Source: Candidatus Bathyarchaeota archaeon (GTDB lineage: Archaea > Thermoproteota > Bathyarchaeia > Bathyarchaeales > Bathycorpusculaceae). From it: DNA of 64,000 nucleotides. Below the pieces are notes generated by a model, which was not told the origin of the DNA, did not search any database, and saw only the letters and a program-made list of their open reading frames with translations. The stretch covers positions 192,001 to 256,000 of the forward strand of contig CAWHXY010000007.1 of NCBI GenBank assembly GCA_963833575.1. Reading direction: 5' to 3'. Positions 30,607 to 39,484 of the stretch are shown in pieces. The translations under genes and the position numbers were made by a program. Each line of letters starts with the position of its first letter. Position 1 is the first letter of the stretch.

Positions 30607-31143
30607 ATGACAAATAGCAGTAGTAGTGGACAAACTAGTGGACAACTTGACTTATCTCTTTGGCTAATACGGTTAATTGCTTACATCATTGACGGCATCA
30701 TAATCTTTGTAGTAACAGTCATACTAGGTATTATAGCGGCAATAGCATTGGTCACAACGGGTTCCCTGTTTCTCTTCGGTGGACTTTGGATTACTTTTGG
30801 ACTTTTTGGCTTGCTTTCAATACTATACTTTATCGTATTAGACGTTGTTTGGGGTGCTACAATAGGCAAAAGAGTCATGGGTTTACAAGTTCAAACAGTA
30901 CAAGGCGCCAGAATAGATTTTGTAAAATCAATTATCCGCAACATCAGCAAGATTAACCCGCTTTTAGTGTTTCTTGACTGGTTGATAGCAATTGTGACAG
31001 CAGGACCTGACAAACGTCAAAAATTAACCGATCGCTGGGCAGGAACTACAGTTGCTCAAGCAGGAAAATCACCAATCACCTTTAATGAACCGGCACCTTC
31101 GTCACCGCCTCCAGCTTCAACACCGCCTCCGACAGCAACCTAA
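30607..31143 (+). CDS. RDD-family membrane protein
   Basis: RLIAYIID, GATIGKRVMGL, IIRN, QKLTDRWAGT; Pro-rich tail. Confidence 0.9.
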   Translation: MTNSSSSGQTSGQLDLSLWLIRLIAYIIDGIIIFVVTVILGIIAAIALVTTGSLFLFGGLWITFGLFGLLSILYFIVLDVVWGATIGKRVMGLQVQTVQGARIDFVKSIIRNISKINPLLVFLDWLIAIVTAGPDKRQKLTDRWAGTTVAQAGKSPITFNEPAPSSPPPASTPPPTAT

Positions 31144-31233
31144 AAAACAAAATCCTTTTTTCTTTTTTTATGAAGCGTTTTTTTATGAACGATAAAAAAG
31201 AAAATAAAATATTTAACTCTGATAGCGCTCAGC

Positions 31234-31566
31234 TTATGGAACTTTAAACTCTTTCAACCAAACATTAAGTTGTTCTTCTTTTAAGCCTGCTCCAAATCTT
31301 CCATCAAGCCGCTTACTAACAATACCATTTTCAAAAAATAAAACAGTTGGCACAGCATCAATTTCGTAGTCATCCCATAGTGGGTTATCGTAGTCGTCGA
31401 GGAGCACGTGAATGACGTTTCCATTGTTGAAATCGCGTATTTTTTCGTCGAAAACTGGAACAAAACGCATACAGTATGGGCACCATGAAGCGTAAAATAG
31501 GACTAGAACCTTTTCGGTTTTGTATAATATGGCATTTAGATCTTGGCTATTTTCAACTTCTATCAT
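31234..31566 (-). CDS. Thioredoxin
   Basis: FYASWCPYC, cis-Pro VPT. Confidence 0.92.
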   Translation of the reverse strand: MIEVENSQDLNAILYKTEKVLVLFYASWCPYCMRFVPVFDEKIRDFNNGNVIHVLLDDYDNPLWDDYEIDAVPTVLFFENGIVSKRLDGRFGAGLKEEQLNVWLKEFKVP

Positions 31567-31685
31567 GTATTATCAGGTTAATTCTGTTTTTCGCTTTCAT
31601 AAACATGCCGTTCTTAAACAATTTTTATGGAAATTGATGCGAAGCATAAATACTGTAAATCACTAATTCAGTAAATGAAGGTAAC

Positions 31686-32405
31686 ATGTCGCGGAAATCT
31701 TACAAACGCGGGTATCCTGTTGCGGTTCTCGTCGGAATAGAGCAAAATCATGCAGCGCTATGGCAAGTTTTCAGCCATGTTGCTAAACATCAACAAAATA
31801 TTTCTTTAAACCGTGACAGAAGCGACTCCAAAGTGCTCTATAACTTTCATGAATCCATCATAAACGCATTAAGGCCAATACTGAAAGAAGGAATAAGGAG
31901 TATAATAGTTGCTTCTCCACCAAAAACCGATTATTCACAACAGTTCCTAAATCACATCAAAGGCCATCATAATTGGTTAAATCAAGGATCCAGTAAAGCA
32001 GTTTTTTCGCCAATTACGGGTTCAGCAAGCACGCCATCGCAAGTGGCGGCTTTAACGCAAACATCAATGTTTAAGCAATTAATCAGTGATACTACGGCTG
32101 AAGAAAGCGAGAACCTACTTGAAGCTCTCGAAAAAAGGCTAAATGCAACTGACAATCTCGTGCTTTTTTCTTTGCAAGAGGCAGAACATTTTATTTTTGA
32201 CACGCAAGCTGAGGGGAAACCTAAGCCGGAATATCTAATGCTTTCAGATGAGTATCTTTCAACAAGCCGACAAAAATACAGAGTTCAAAGACTCATGCAA
32301 ATTGCAGCCAACAAAGGCGTTAAAACACGCGTTATAAGTGCTGATTCAACCGCGGGCAAACGCGTCACTCAACTAGGAGGACTTGTATGTTTGGCGAAAA
32401 AATAA
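31686..32405 (+). CDS. Pelota/eRF1-like protein (middle and C-terminal domains only)
   Basis: IIVASP middle-domain motif; C-terminus RVISADSTAGKRVTQLGGLVCL matches pelota TVVSTEHEAGAKLLSLGGIVAL. Confidence 0.75.
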   Translation: MSRKSYKRGYPVAVLVGIEQNHAALWQVFSHVAKHQQNISLNRDRSDSKVLYNFHESIINALRPILKEGIRSIIVASPPKTDYSQQFLNHIKGHHNWLNQGSSKAVFSPITGSASTPSQVAALTQTSMFKQLISDTTAEESENLLEALEKRLNATDNLVLFSLQEAEHFIFDTQAEGKPKPEYLMLSDEYLSTSRQKYRVQRLMQIAANKGVKTRVISADSTAGKRVTQLGGLVCLAKK

Positions 32406-32619
32406 GTAACCTTCCCTAAAGGAAGTTATTAGTAGGACAAGAGGTTGCTTTCGAAAGACCAGATCTTTAATAGCAAACAGTAGCAGTTTCAGCCGCTTTC
32501 ATAGCTGAAACCAATAATATTATAGTTATCCTAGCCTCAGCTGGCTCAACTATATTCACAATCGCTTTAATCGTAATTTTTATTATTCAACGAAATATGA
32601 AAACGGTAAAATAGAAAAT

Positions 32620-33348
32620 CTAAATCAACTCATTTTGCTTTAATTCTTCTATAGAAATTTTGCCCGAATGCAACGCGGTAGCCACTAATACGCCGCTTAT
32701 GCCCAAATCCTTTAACTGAACTAAATCGTTAATATCTCGAACTCCACCACCAACATAAACATCTAGCCCCTCCTCAAACGTCTTTGTTACCAAATCAACA
32801 TTAACTCCTTCTCCGCTACCCACACGGTCCAAATCTAAAATAATTACGCTTGAAACTCCCATATCCTTGAATTCATGCAGGAGACACAAAGGATTAACAC
32901 AACCAGCAAACCCTAATTTAACAAGCACTTTATCACCCTTCAAATCCAAACTCACGATAGCAAGATCGCTTCCTAAGACTTTAACTACTTCGCTTACGAG
33001 GTTTTTTGTTCGCAGTGTTTCTGTTCCTATAACAACTTTCGAAACACCAATTTCAATTAGTTTCTTTGCTGTTTCGAGGTCAGTAACTCCAGCGTCAACC
33101 ATCAATTTGAGTCCAGTTTCATCACTGATGCCTTTCAGTACTTGATAATTAATCTGGCTTTTTGTGATTGCATCTAAATCTGCAATGTAAAGTTCCTGAA
33201 AACCTAGTATTTTGAAGACCTGGGCAACTTCTAAAGGGTTAACTGATCGGCTTAGGATGCTTTGGAGTGGTTGATATTCGCGTCTTTTTCCTTTTACAGC
33301 GTGAACAACTATTCCATCCAAAATATCGATTACAGGAATAACTTTCAA
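32620..33348 (-). CDS. HisA/HisF-related TIM-barrel protein (C1-cofactor-associated type)
   Basis: VIPVIDILDGIVVHAVKG.R..Y.P, LYIADLDAI, LDLDRVGSGEG, GGGVR; divergent from the mfn operon. Confidence 0.85.
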   Translation of the reverse strand: MKVIPVIDILDGIVVHAVKGKRREYQPLQSILSRSVNPLEVAQVFKILGFQELYIADLDAITKSQINYQVLKGISDETGLKLMVDAGVTDLETAKKLIEIGVSKVVIGTETLRTKNLVSEVVKVLGSDLAIVSLDLKGDKVLVKLGFAGCVNPLCLLHEFKDMGVSSVIILDLDRVGSGEGVNVDLVTKTFEEGLDVYVGGGVRDINDLVQLKDLGISGVLVATALHSGKISIEELKQNELI

Positions 33349-33455
33349 ACTCTATACCTTACCCGTGAATTGACTCTCAACGAATAGAAAAACCTAACCA
33401 TCGACATAGCAAAAGTTTTAAAGGCGTCGTCAATGCGCATGTTTATGATGCTACA

Positions 33456-34193
33456 TTGAAGCTACTCATAAGTCCCATGAATGAGCAAGAAGCCTCAGCA
33501 GCTATTGCAGGGGGCGCTGACATAATTGATGTTAAGAATCCGAAGGAGGGAGCATTAGGCGCCAATTTTCCATGGGTTATCAAGCGAATAAGGGAAATGA
33601 CGCCGAAAAACATCCAAGTAAGCTGCACATTAGGGGAAGTTCCTAATCTTCCAGGATCTATATCTTTAGCAGCATTGGGAGCAGCATCATTAGGTGTCGA
33701 TTACATTAAAGTGGGGCTTTATGGGTTTAAAACCTCTCAAGAAGCAATTTGCCTGTTGCAAAACGTTAGCAAGGCAGCTAAAGAATGCAATCCTAAGATC
33801 AAAATAGTTGCAGCTGGCTACGCAGACGCAGAAAGAGTCAGCTCAATTGAACCGTTGCTTATTCCTGAAATTGCCAGTAAGGCTCAAGTTGACGTTGCCA
33901 TGCTTGACACAGCAATTAAGGATGGTCAAAACCTCTTTAGCTTCTTAACAGCTAAGAAATTGCAGAAATTCATTGATTCATCTCATAAATTTGGGTTGGA
34001 AGCAGCTTTGGCAGGATCGTTAAGAAAAGAGGATTTGCAAGTTGTCTATCATTTAGGTGCCGATATTGCAGGATCTCGAGGGGCAGCATGTACAAATAAT
34101 GATAGAGTGAAAGGTCAAATAACAGAAAAACGAGTGCGCGAATTAGTTGAAGCTTTAGAAAAAGCGGAAATGCAAGCTGATAAGAGGGCTTAG
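33456..34193 (+). CDS. mfnB: (5-formylfuran-3-yl)methyl phosphate synthase
   Basis: LLISP...GGADIIDVKNPKEGALGA, DYIKVGL, MLDTAIKDG, ALAGSL. Confidence 0.93.
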   Translation: MKLLISPMNEQEASAAIAGGADIIDVKNPKEGALGANFPWVIKRIREMTPKNIQVSCTLGEVPNLPGSISLAALGAASLGVDYIKVGLYGFKTSQEAICLLQNVSKAAKECNPKIKIVAAGYADAERVSSIEPLLIPEIASKAQVDVAMLDTAIKDGQNLFSFLTAKKLQKFIDSSHKFGLEAALAGSLRKEDLQVVYHLGADIAGSRGAACTNNDRVKGQITEKRVRELVEALEKAEMQADKRA

Positions 34194-34196
34194 CCT

Positions 34197-35357
34197 TTGC
34201 AGCCTAAAGGGTCAACCCGAAAAAAAGTGCTATTTGATCTCAAAAAAATTCATCAACAAGACAAAGTATATGATGATGGAAAAATCTTATGTTCTATGTG
34301 CACCAAAGTCCATCCTATTGCAGAGAAAGCCCATCGACTTTGCTTAAGCTCCAATCTTGGTGATCCGGGCCTTTTTCCAGGAAGCGCTCAACTTGAAAAA
34401 GAAGTCATAAATGAACTAGCCACGCTTCTACATGGTAAAAATTCTGTTGGGTTTCTTGTTTCAGGCGGAACCGAAGCAAATTTGATGGGGCTTTTAGCTG
34501 CAAGGAATATGGTGGGTGTAAGACAACCTGAAGTTGTTTTGCCGCAATCTGCTCATTTCTCTTTTACAAAAATTTGTAATCTGTTGAATCTTAAACCAGT
34601 TTATGCAGATTTGGATCGCTCTTTCATGGTTAATTTATCCTCTGTTGAAAAATGCATAAGCGAGAATACAATTGCAATAATAGGGACTGCGGGAACTGCT
34701 GAGCTGGGAACTATAGACCCTATTGAGCAACTAGCCCAAATTGCCTCTGTGCATAATGTTTGGTTGCATATTGATGCAGCATTAGGCGGTTTAGTTATTC
34801 CCTTTCTAAAAGAAAAACACAAGTTTGATTTCAATCTGGAAGCAGTAAAATCCATGACAGTAGACCCACACAAAATGGGTATGGCTACAATTCCAGCTGG
34901 CGGGATCTTGTTCAGAGACGATAAATCCTTGAATCTTATCAAAACCGAAACACCATACTTAACAGATAATTTTCAGTATACATTTGCTGGAACAAGATCA
35001 GGAGCTTCCGCTGCCTCAGCCTGGGCAGTTTTTAAACTTCTAGGAATGGAAGGATTCAAGAAAATAGTAAATAAGTGCCTGAAAATGACGCAGCTGTTTC
35101 GCGATGGACTCAAAGATACCGGTTTTGAACTTGTTGTTGAGCCAACGCTGAATATTGTAGCTTTCCGCAGTCAACAGAACACCAAGCATTTGGCAGAAAA
35201 ACTTTGGAAAAAAGGTTGGTTTGTCTCTTATGTTCCCCGCTACGATTGTATTAGACTTGTCATAATGCCCCACGTCAAGAAGCGACATACCTTGGCTTTT
35301 TTGAAAGATCTAAGAGAAATAGAGAAACTTCCCGACAAAGACTCTTTCCTGTGTTAA
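34197..35357 (+). CDS. mfnA: L-tyrosine/L-aspartate decarboxylase (PLP-dependent)
   Basis: SMCT, NLGDPGLFPG, SGGTEAN, HIDAA, VDPHKMG (PLP lysine), GTRSG. Confidence 0.92.
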   Translation: MQPKGSTRKKVLFDLKKIHQQDKVYDDGKILCSMCTKVHPIAEKAHRLCLSSNLGDPGLFPGSAQLEKEVINELATLLHGKNSVGFLVSGGTEANLMGLLAARNMVGVRQPEVVLPQSAHFSFTKICNLLNLKPVYADLDRSFMVNLSSVEKCISENTIAIIGTAGTAELGTIDPIEQLAQIASVHNVWLHIDAALGGLVIPFLKEKHKFDFNLEAVKSMTVDPHKMGMATIPAGGILFRDDKSLNLIKTETPYLTDNFQYTFAGTRSGASAASAWAVFKLLGMEGFKKIVNKCLKMTQLFRDGLKDTGFELVVEPTLNIVAFRSQQNTKHLAEKLWKKGWFVSYVPRYDCIRLVIMPHVKKRHTLAFLKDLREIEKLPDKDSFLC

Positions 35358-35368
35358 GGGGTTTAATT

Positions 35369-36601
35369 TTGAAGATTATAGTTTACGAGCATGTTTCAGG
35401 GGGCGGATATGCAGACAAACAAATTTCACCAAGCATTTTATCCGAGGGGTTTGGAATGCTGCGTAAGGTTGTTTCCGACTTCAAACTTGAAGGGCACGAA
35501 GTAACCGTTTTACTTGATAACAGACTTTCAAACCTGAACCAGCCACTAAATGCTAACTGCATAGTACCTGTTTTTAATTCTGAAGAACCAAAAAAATTCT
35601 TGGTAAGCCTTGCTAAAATTAACGATGCCATTTACGTTATTGCTCCTGAAACAGGAAAAACTCTCCAATCATTAGTGGAAATTGTTGAGCAAACGAACAA
35701 GATTTCACTCAATTGTGAATCCAGCACTATCAAAAAAGTTGCAGACAAAACCCTTCTCTGCGAAGTTCTGGAAAAAAATGATTTGCCAACACCTAAAACA
35801 ATGGTTTTTGATTTTAGCGATAATCTAGAAGAAGTTAAGTCTTCTATCAAACGCCAATTAACTTATCCTTTAATTTTCAAGCCAGTGGACGGCACAAGCT
35901 GCTGCAATTTAAGTATCGTTAAAGAAGAGGGCCAAGTGAAGGATGCAATTTCCAAGTTGAAAGCAGAATCGGCAGACCAGCATTTTATTGTTCAAGAGTT
36001 CATTGGAGGTGAAGCGGCAAGCGTCAGTTTACTTTGCACAAAAGATAAAGCAAGATCAATCAGTTTGAACCAGCAAATTGTTGAGCTCTGCACACCAGAT
36101 GGGATTTCTAGTTACAAAGGCGGCGTTGTACCGTTTGACCATCAGCTTAAGACGGAAGCATTTAGGGCAGCAGAGAAAGTTGCGGAGTGCTTTCCAGGTT
36201 TAAAGGGATACGTAGGGGTTGATTTGATTTTATCCAGGTACAAGCCTTTTGTAATAGACGTGAATCCACGGTTGACAACGTCATTTGTAGGTCTATCACA
36301 AACCGCAAAGTTTAACGTGGCAGAAAAAATCGTTAAAGCTGTTTTAGAAGGTACACTTCCCGCAGCACCTGAATGTGACGGCTATGTTTACTTTTCAAAA
36401 TACGAAACCACCAAGCCAACAAATAATTCATTCAAAAAAATTGCTCAATTAAGCGAAGTTGTTTCACCGCCTTTTCCTTTAAGTGACAGGCAAAAAGCTT
36501 GTGCGTTGATTTCTGGTCAGGGGGATTCCTTGGAAAATGCAAAAGTGGAGTTAGAAGAAGCTAAAAAGCACATTCTTCGCATTATTAAAGGAGGAAACTA
36601 G
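35369..36601 (+). CDS. mfnD: Tyramine--L-glutamate ligase (ATP-grasp)
   Basis: IIVYE..SGGG, EGFGML, IAPE, KPVDG, GYVGVD, DVNPRLTTS; start TTG 35369 (or GTG 35351). Confidence 0.85.
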   Translation: MKIIVYEHVSGGGYADKQISPSILSEGFGMLRKVVSDFKLEGHEVTVLLDNRLSNLNQPLNANCIVPVFNSEEPKKFLVSLAKINDAIYVIAPETGKTLQSLVEIVEQTNKISLNCESSTIKKVADKTLLCEVLEKNDLPTPKTMVFDFSDNLEEVKSSIKRQLTYPLIFKPVDGTSCCNLSIVKEEGQVKDAISKLKAESADQHFIVQEFIGGEAASVSLLCTKDKARSISLNQQIVELCTPDGISSYKGGVVPFDHQLKTEAFRAAEKVAECFPGLKGYVGVDLILSRYKPFVIDVNPRLTTSFVGLSQTAKFNVAEKIVKAVLEGTLPAAPECDGYVYFSKYETTKPTNNSFKKIAQLSEVVSPPFPLSDRQKACALISGQGDSLENAKVELEEAKKHILRIIKGGN

Positions 36602-36602
36602 C

Positions 36603-37676
36603 TTGGCGAAAGTGTTAAGCTATGATGTTGGAGGCGCGAACACTAAAGCTGCCTTCCTAACTACAAAAAACGGGAAGTTACAGGACGCCAAAGTGGCTGT
36701 CGAGTATTTCCCAATATGGAAGGAACCAGAAAAACTTGCCAATGTCCTCCTTGAACTTAAAAAACGATTAGGCGCAAGCAGACTTGATGCTCTAGGCGTA
36801 ACCATGACTGCAGAATTATCAGATGTTTACGCTACCAAGAGTGAAGGCGTTCACGAGATTTTCTCATGCATAAAGAGTGTTTTTCCTAATTTGCCTATTT
36901 ACGTTCTAAACAGTGATACGAAACTAGATTCCATTAGTGTTGCTGAAGAAACGCCGCTTAGGGTGGCTGCGGCAAATTGGGCTGCAACAGGCTGGTTAGT
37001 TGCCAAGCGATTGAAGGATTGTGTTATTGTTGATGTTGGAAGTACAAGTGCGAGCATTATTCCTATAGTTAATTCTTTGGTAGTTGCCAATGGTAAAACG
37101 GATTTGGATAAACTAATTTGTGGAGAACTTGTTTATTCAGGGAGTCTGCGGACTAATGTGGCTTCGATTGTGCACTCTGTTCCCATAAAGAATGGAGTTT
37201 CAGGCGTCGCTTCTGAACTTTTTGCATTATCTGCAGATGTTCATTTGGCCTTAGGCAACATAACTGAGAAAGAATATACTTGTGAAACTGCTGACGGTCG
37301 AGGAAAAACGGTACCTGAAGCTTTTGCTCGGTTAGCAAGGGTAGTCTGTGCAGACACCCAAATGTTAACTCAGAAGGAAATCATCGACATGGCAAAGTAC
37401 GTTTATGATAAACAAGTTCTTCAGGTCTCCGAAGGCATGAGCAAAGTCTACTCGTACGCACAAAAGCTAACTACCAATATAGTTCCAATAGTAATTACAG
37501 GTCAGGGCAAAGATTTTATTGCAAGAAAAGCAGCCGAAAAAATCGGTGTTAAATCAATTATTGATTTGGGAACGCTAATACAAAAATGCGCGGTTATGGC
37601 TACTCCAGCTTTTGGACTGGCATTGATGGTTGCCACCGATCTTGAAGGAGAAATTGTCGATTGGACGCTACAGTAG
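36603..37676 (+). CDS. mfnF: (4-{4-[2-(gamma-L-glutamylamino)ethyl]phenoxymethyl}furan-2-yl)methanamine synthase (hydantoinase/oxoprolinase fold)
   Basis: DVGGANTK, VTMTAELSD, AAANW, DVGST, TADGRGK, RLARVVCAD. Confidence 0.88.
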   Translation: MAKVLSYDVGGANTKAAFLTTKNGKLQDAKVAVEYFPIWKEPEKLANVLLELKKRLGASRLDALGVTMTAELSDVYATKSEGVHEIFSCIKSVFPNLPIYVLNSDTKLDSISVAEETPLRVAAANWAATGWLVAKRLKDCVIVDVGSTSASIIPIVNSLVVANGKTDLDKLICGELVYSGSLRTNVASIVHSVPIKNGVSGVASELFALSADVHLALGNITEKEYTCETADGRGKTVPEAFARLARVVCADTQMLTQKEIIDMAKYVYDKQVLQVSEGMSKVYSYAQKLTTNIVPIVITGQGKDFIARKAAEKIGVKSIIDLGTLIQKCAVMATPAFGLALMVATDLEGEIVDWTLQ

Positions 37677-38329
37677 TTAAGGTAGGAGGTTCTTTGGCAT
37701 TGTGCCCTATGAAGCTTAAGCGTTTGTGTACAAAGTTAAGCGAAGCGTCTAAGGAACATAAGCTGATATTGGTGCCGGGAGGAGGGGAATTTGCTGATGT
37801 CGTGAGGAAAGTTGACAAGCGATTTAAGTTGTCAGCTGAAGCTTCTCACCGGATGGCCGTTTTAGGTATGGATCAATATGGTTTTTTACTTTCAGATTTA
37901 ACAAAGGATGCTTGCATTGTGAGTCAGCTTGCAAATGTGCAGAAAATTTTAAATATGAACAAGTTGCCTATTTTTTTGCCATCAAATCATATGATTAACA
38001 ATGATCCTTTGGAGAATTCTTGGGATGTCACTTCAGATTCTATCGCTGCCTACATCGCAAGCCAACTATGCATCAGAAAAGTTATTTTAGTGACTGACGT
38101 CGACGGAGTTTACTTATGTGATCCAAAAAAGTATTTGGATGCAAAATTGATAGAACAGATATCCATTAAACAGCTTGAAACAATGCATGAACGAACATGT
38201 GTCGACAAGTTTTTGCTTTCACTGCTTTCCCAATCAGAGATTCAATGCATTGTCGTGAACGGATGTTATCCCGCGCGAATTGAAGCTATTCTAGAAGGAA
38301 AGAAAACTATTTGCACATTAATCAATTAG
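37661..38329 (+). CDS. mfnE: [5-(aminomethyl)furan-3-yl]methyl phosphate kinase (amino-acid-kinase family)
   Basis: VVKVGGSL, PGGGEFADVVR, HRMAVLGMDQYG, SWDVTSDSIA, TDVDGVY. Confidence 0.87.
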   Translation: MDATVVKVGGSLALCPMKLKRLCTKLSEASKEHKLILVPGGGEFADVVRKVDKRFKLSAEASHRMAVLGMDQYGFLLSDLTKDACIVSQLANVQKILNMNKLPIFLPSNHMINNDPLENSWDVTSDSIAAYIASQLCIRKVILVTDVDGVYLCDPKKYLDAKLIEQISIKQLETMHERTCVDKFLLSLLSQSEIQCIVVNGCYPARIEAILEGKKTICTLIN

Positions 38330-38487
38330 CAAAATAACTTATTTTAACGAATGAAATCTAAAACAATCTTTTCTTTCGTAAATTGATTGGCAGTTAATCA
38401 AACAATTAAGCGTCAGGTGTTAATTTAGCACACTTACAATCTTCTTAAAAGAAAAAATAGAAAAAGGAAAATGGAAGTTTTTAAGTT

Positions 38488-38652
38488 TTAGATTTTTTTC
38501 TTATCTAAGACTTCGCGGAAACTCTTGTCACAGCACTTATAGAGCGCTATGGTGAGTTGTGTTCTTTTTCCTTTCTTGTCTGGTTTGCCAGCCATCTTCC
38601 AAGTCTTTGTAGCGTTTTTAACTTCTTTTCCACAAGTTGGGCATTTTGCCAT
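38488..38652 (-). CDS. Cren7-like chromatin protein with putative Zn site (54 aa, not in ORF track)
   Basis: MAKCPTCGKEVKNATKTWKMAGKPDKKGKRTQLTIALYKCCDKSFREVLDKKKI; the K-x-W-x-(L/M)-A...I-(G/A)-L-(F/Y)...K-x-F-R pattern matches Cren7. Confidence 0.75.
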   Translation of the reverse strand: MAKCPTCGKEVKNATKTWKMAGKPDKKGKRTQLTIALYKCCDKSFREVLDKKKI

Positions 38653-38881
38653 GATTAATCCCTATGGTGCATGTTATCATATTGATGTACATAAAACACT
38701 TTCTATCCATCCTCTATCCATGGTCTTTGAAATGGCTAAATTAAGGTTCTTTTTGGAGGATATACATATAAAAACGCCTTTTTTTAGTTACATATGCGCC
38801 ATAAAAACCTTAATTGCGGGGGAGGACCTGCCTATTTTCATTCTTTTGTGGAATAATTATTATCGCGGAAGAGTATGATAC

Positions 38882-39478
38882 ATGAGTATTATGTCAATTG
38901 TTGGTTTAGATTTGGCTGGTGTAGAAACCCGACCTACTGGTTACTGTGTACTTGTAGGGATGGAAGCGGAGACATCTCTCGTTTATACAGATACAGAAAT
39001 ACTATCCGAGATCCGAAAAGCCCTTCCAAAAGTTGTAGCTATTGATGCACCCTTAACCTTACCTCCCGGAAGAGCATCGCTGGAGGAACGCAATAAGGCT
39101 CATTTAAGAGAATGCGACAGAGAACTTTTGAAAAGGCACATAAAATTTTTTCCTCTTACATTGGGGCCCATGAGAAAATTAACGGAACGAGGCATACATT
39201 TGAAAAAAATCCTTGAAGCTGAAAATTTCGTCACGATAGAGGCTTATCCTGGAGGCGCCCAAGATGTGCTCGATATTCCTAGAAAACAGAAAGGGCTGGA
39301 AAAACTGAAGGCTGGGCTTGATAATTTGGGCTTGAAGCAGTTGAGCAACTTGATGAGTGATCATGAACTTGATGCTGTCACATGCGCATACGAGGGAAAG
39401 CTATTCTTGGAGGGAAATGCTCTTGTTTATGGAAGCCCTGAAGATGGAATCATTATGCCAAAAGGCGAGAAAAAATAA
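38882..39478 (+). CDS. DUF429-family predicted nuclease (RNase H-like fold)
   Basis: VGLDLAG, AIDAPL, RECDREL, IEAYP, HELDAV. Confidence 0.85.
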   Translation: MSIMSIVGLDLAGVETRPTGYCVLVGMEAETSLVYTDTEILSEIRKALPKVVAIDAPLTLPPGRASLEERNKAHLRECDRELLKRHIKFFPLTLGPMRKLTERGIHLKKILEAENFVTIEAYPGGAQDVLDIPRKQKGLEKLKAGLDNLGLKQLSNLMSDHELDAVTCAYEGKLFLEGNALVYGSPEDGIIMPKGEKK

Positions 39479-39484
39479 AGGTAT

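Noticed and set aside
38549-38878. 109-aa plus-strand ORF
   Set aside because: Antisense shadow of the Cren7-like gene and its promoter region
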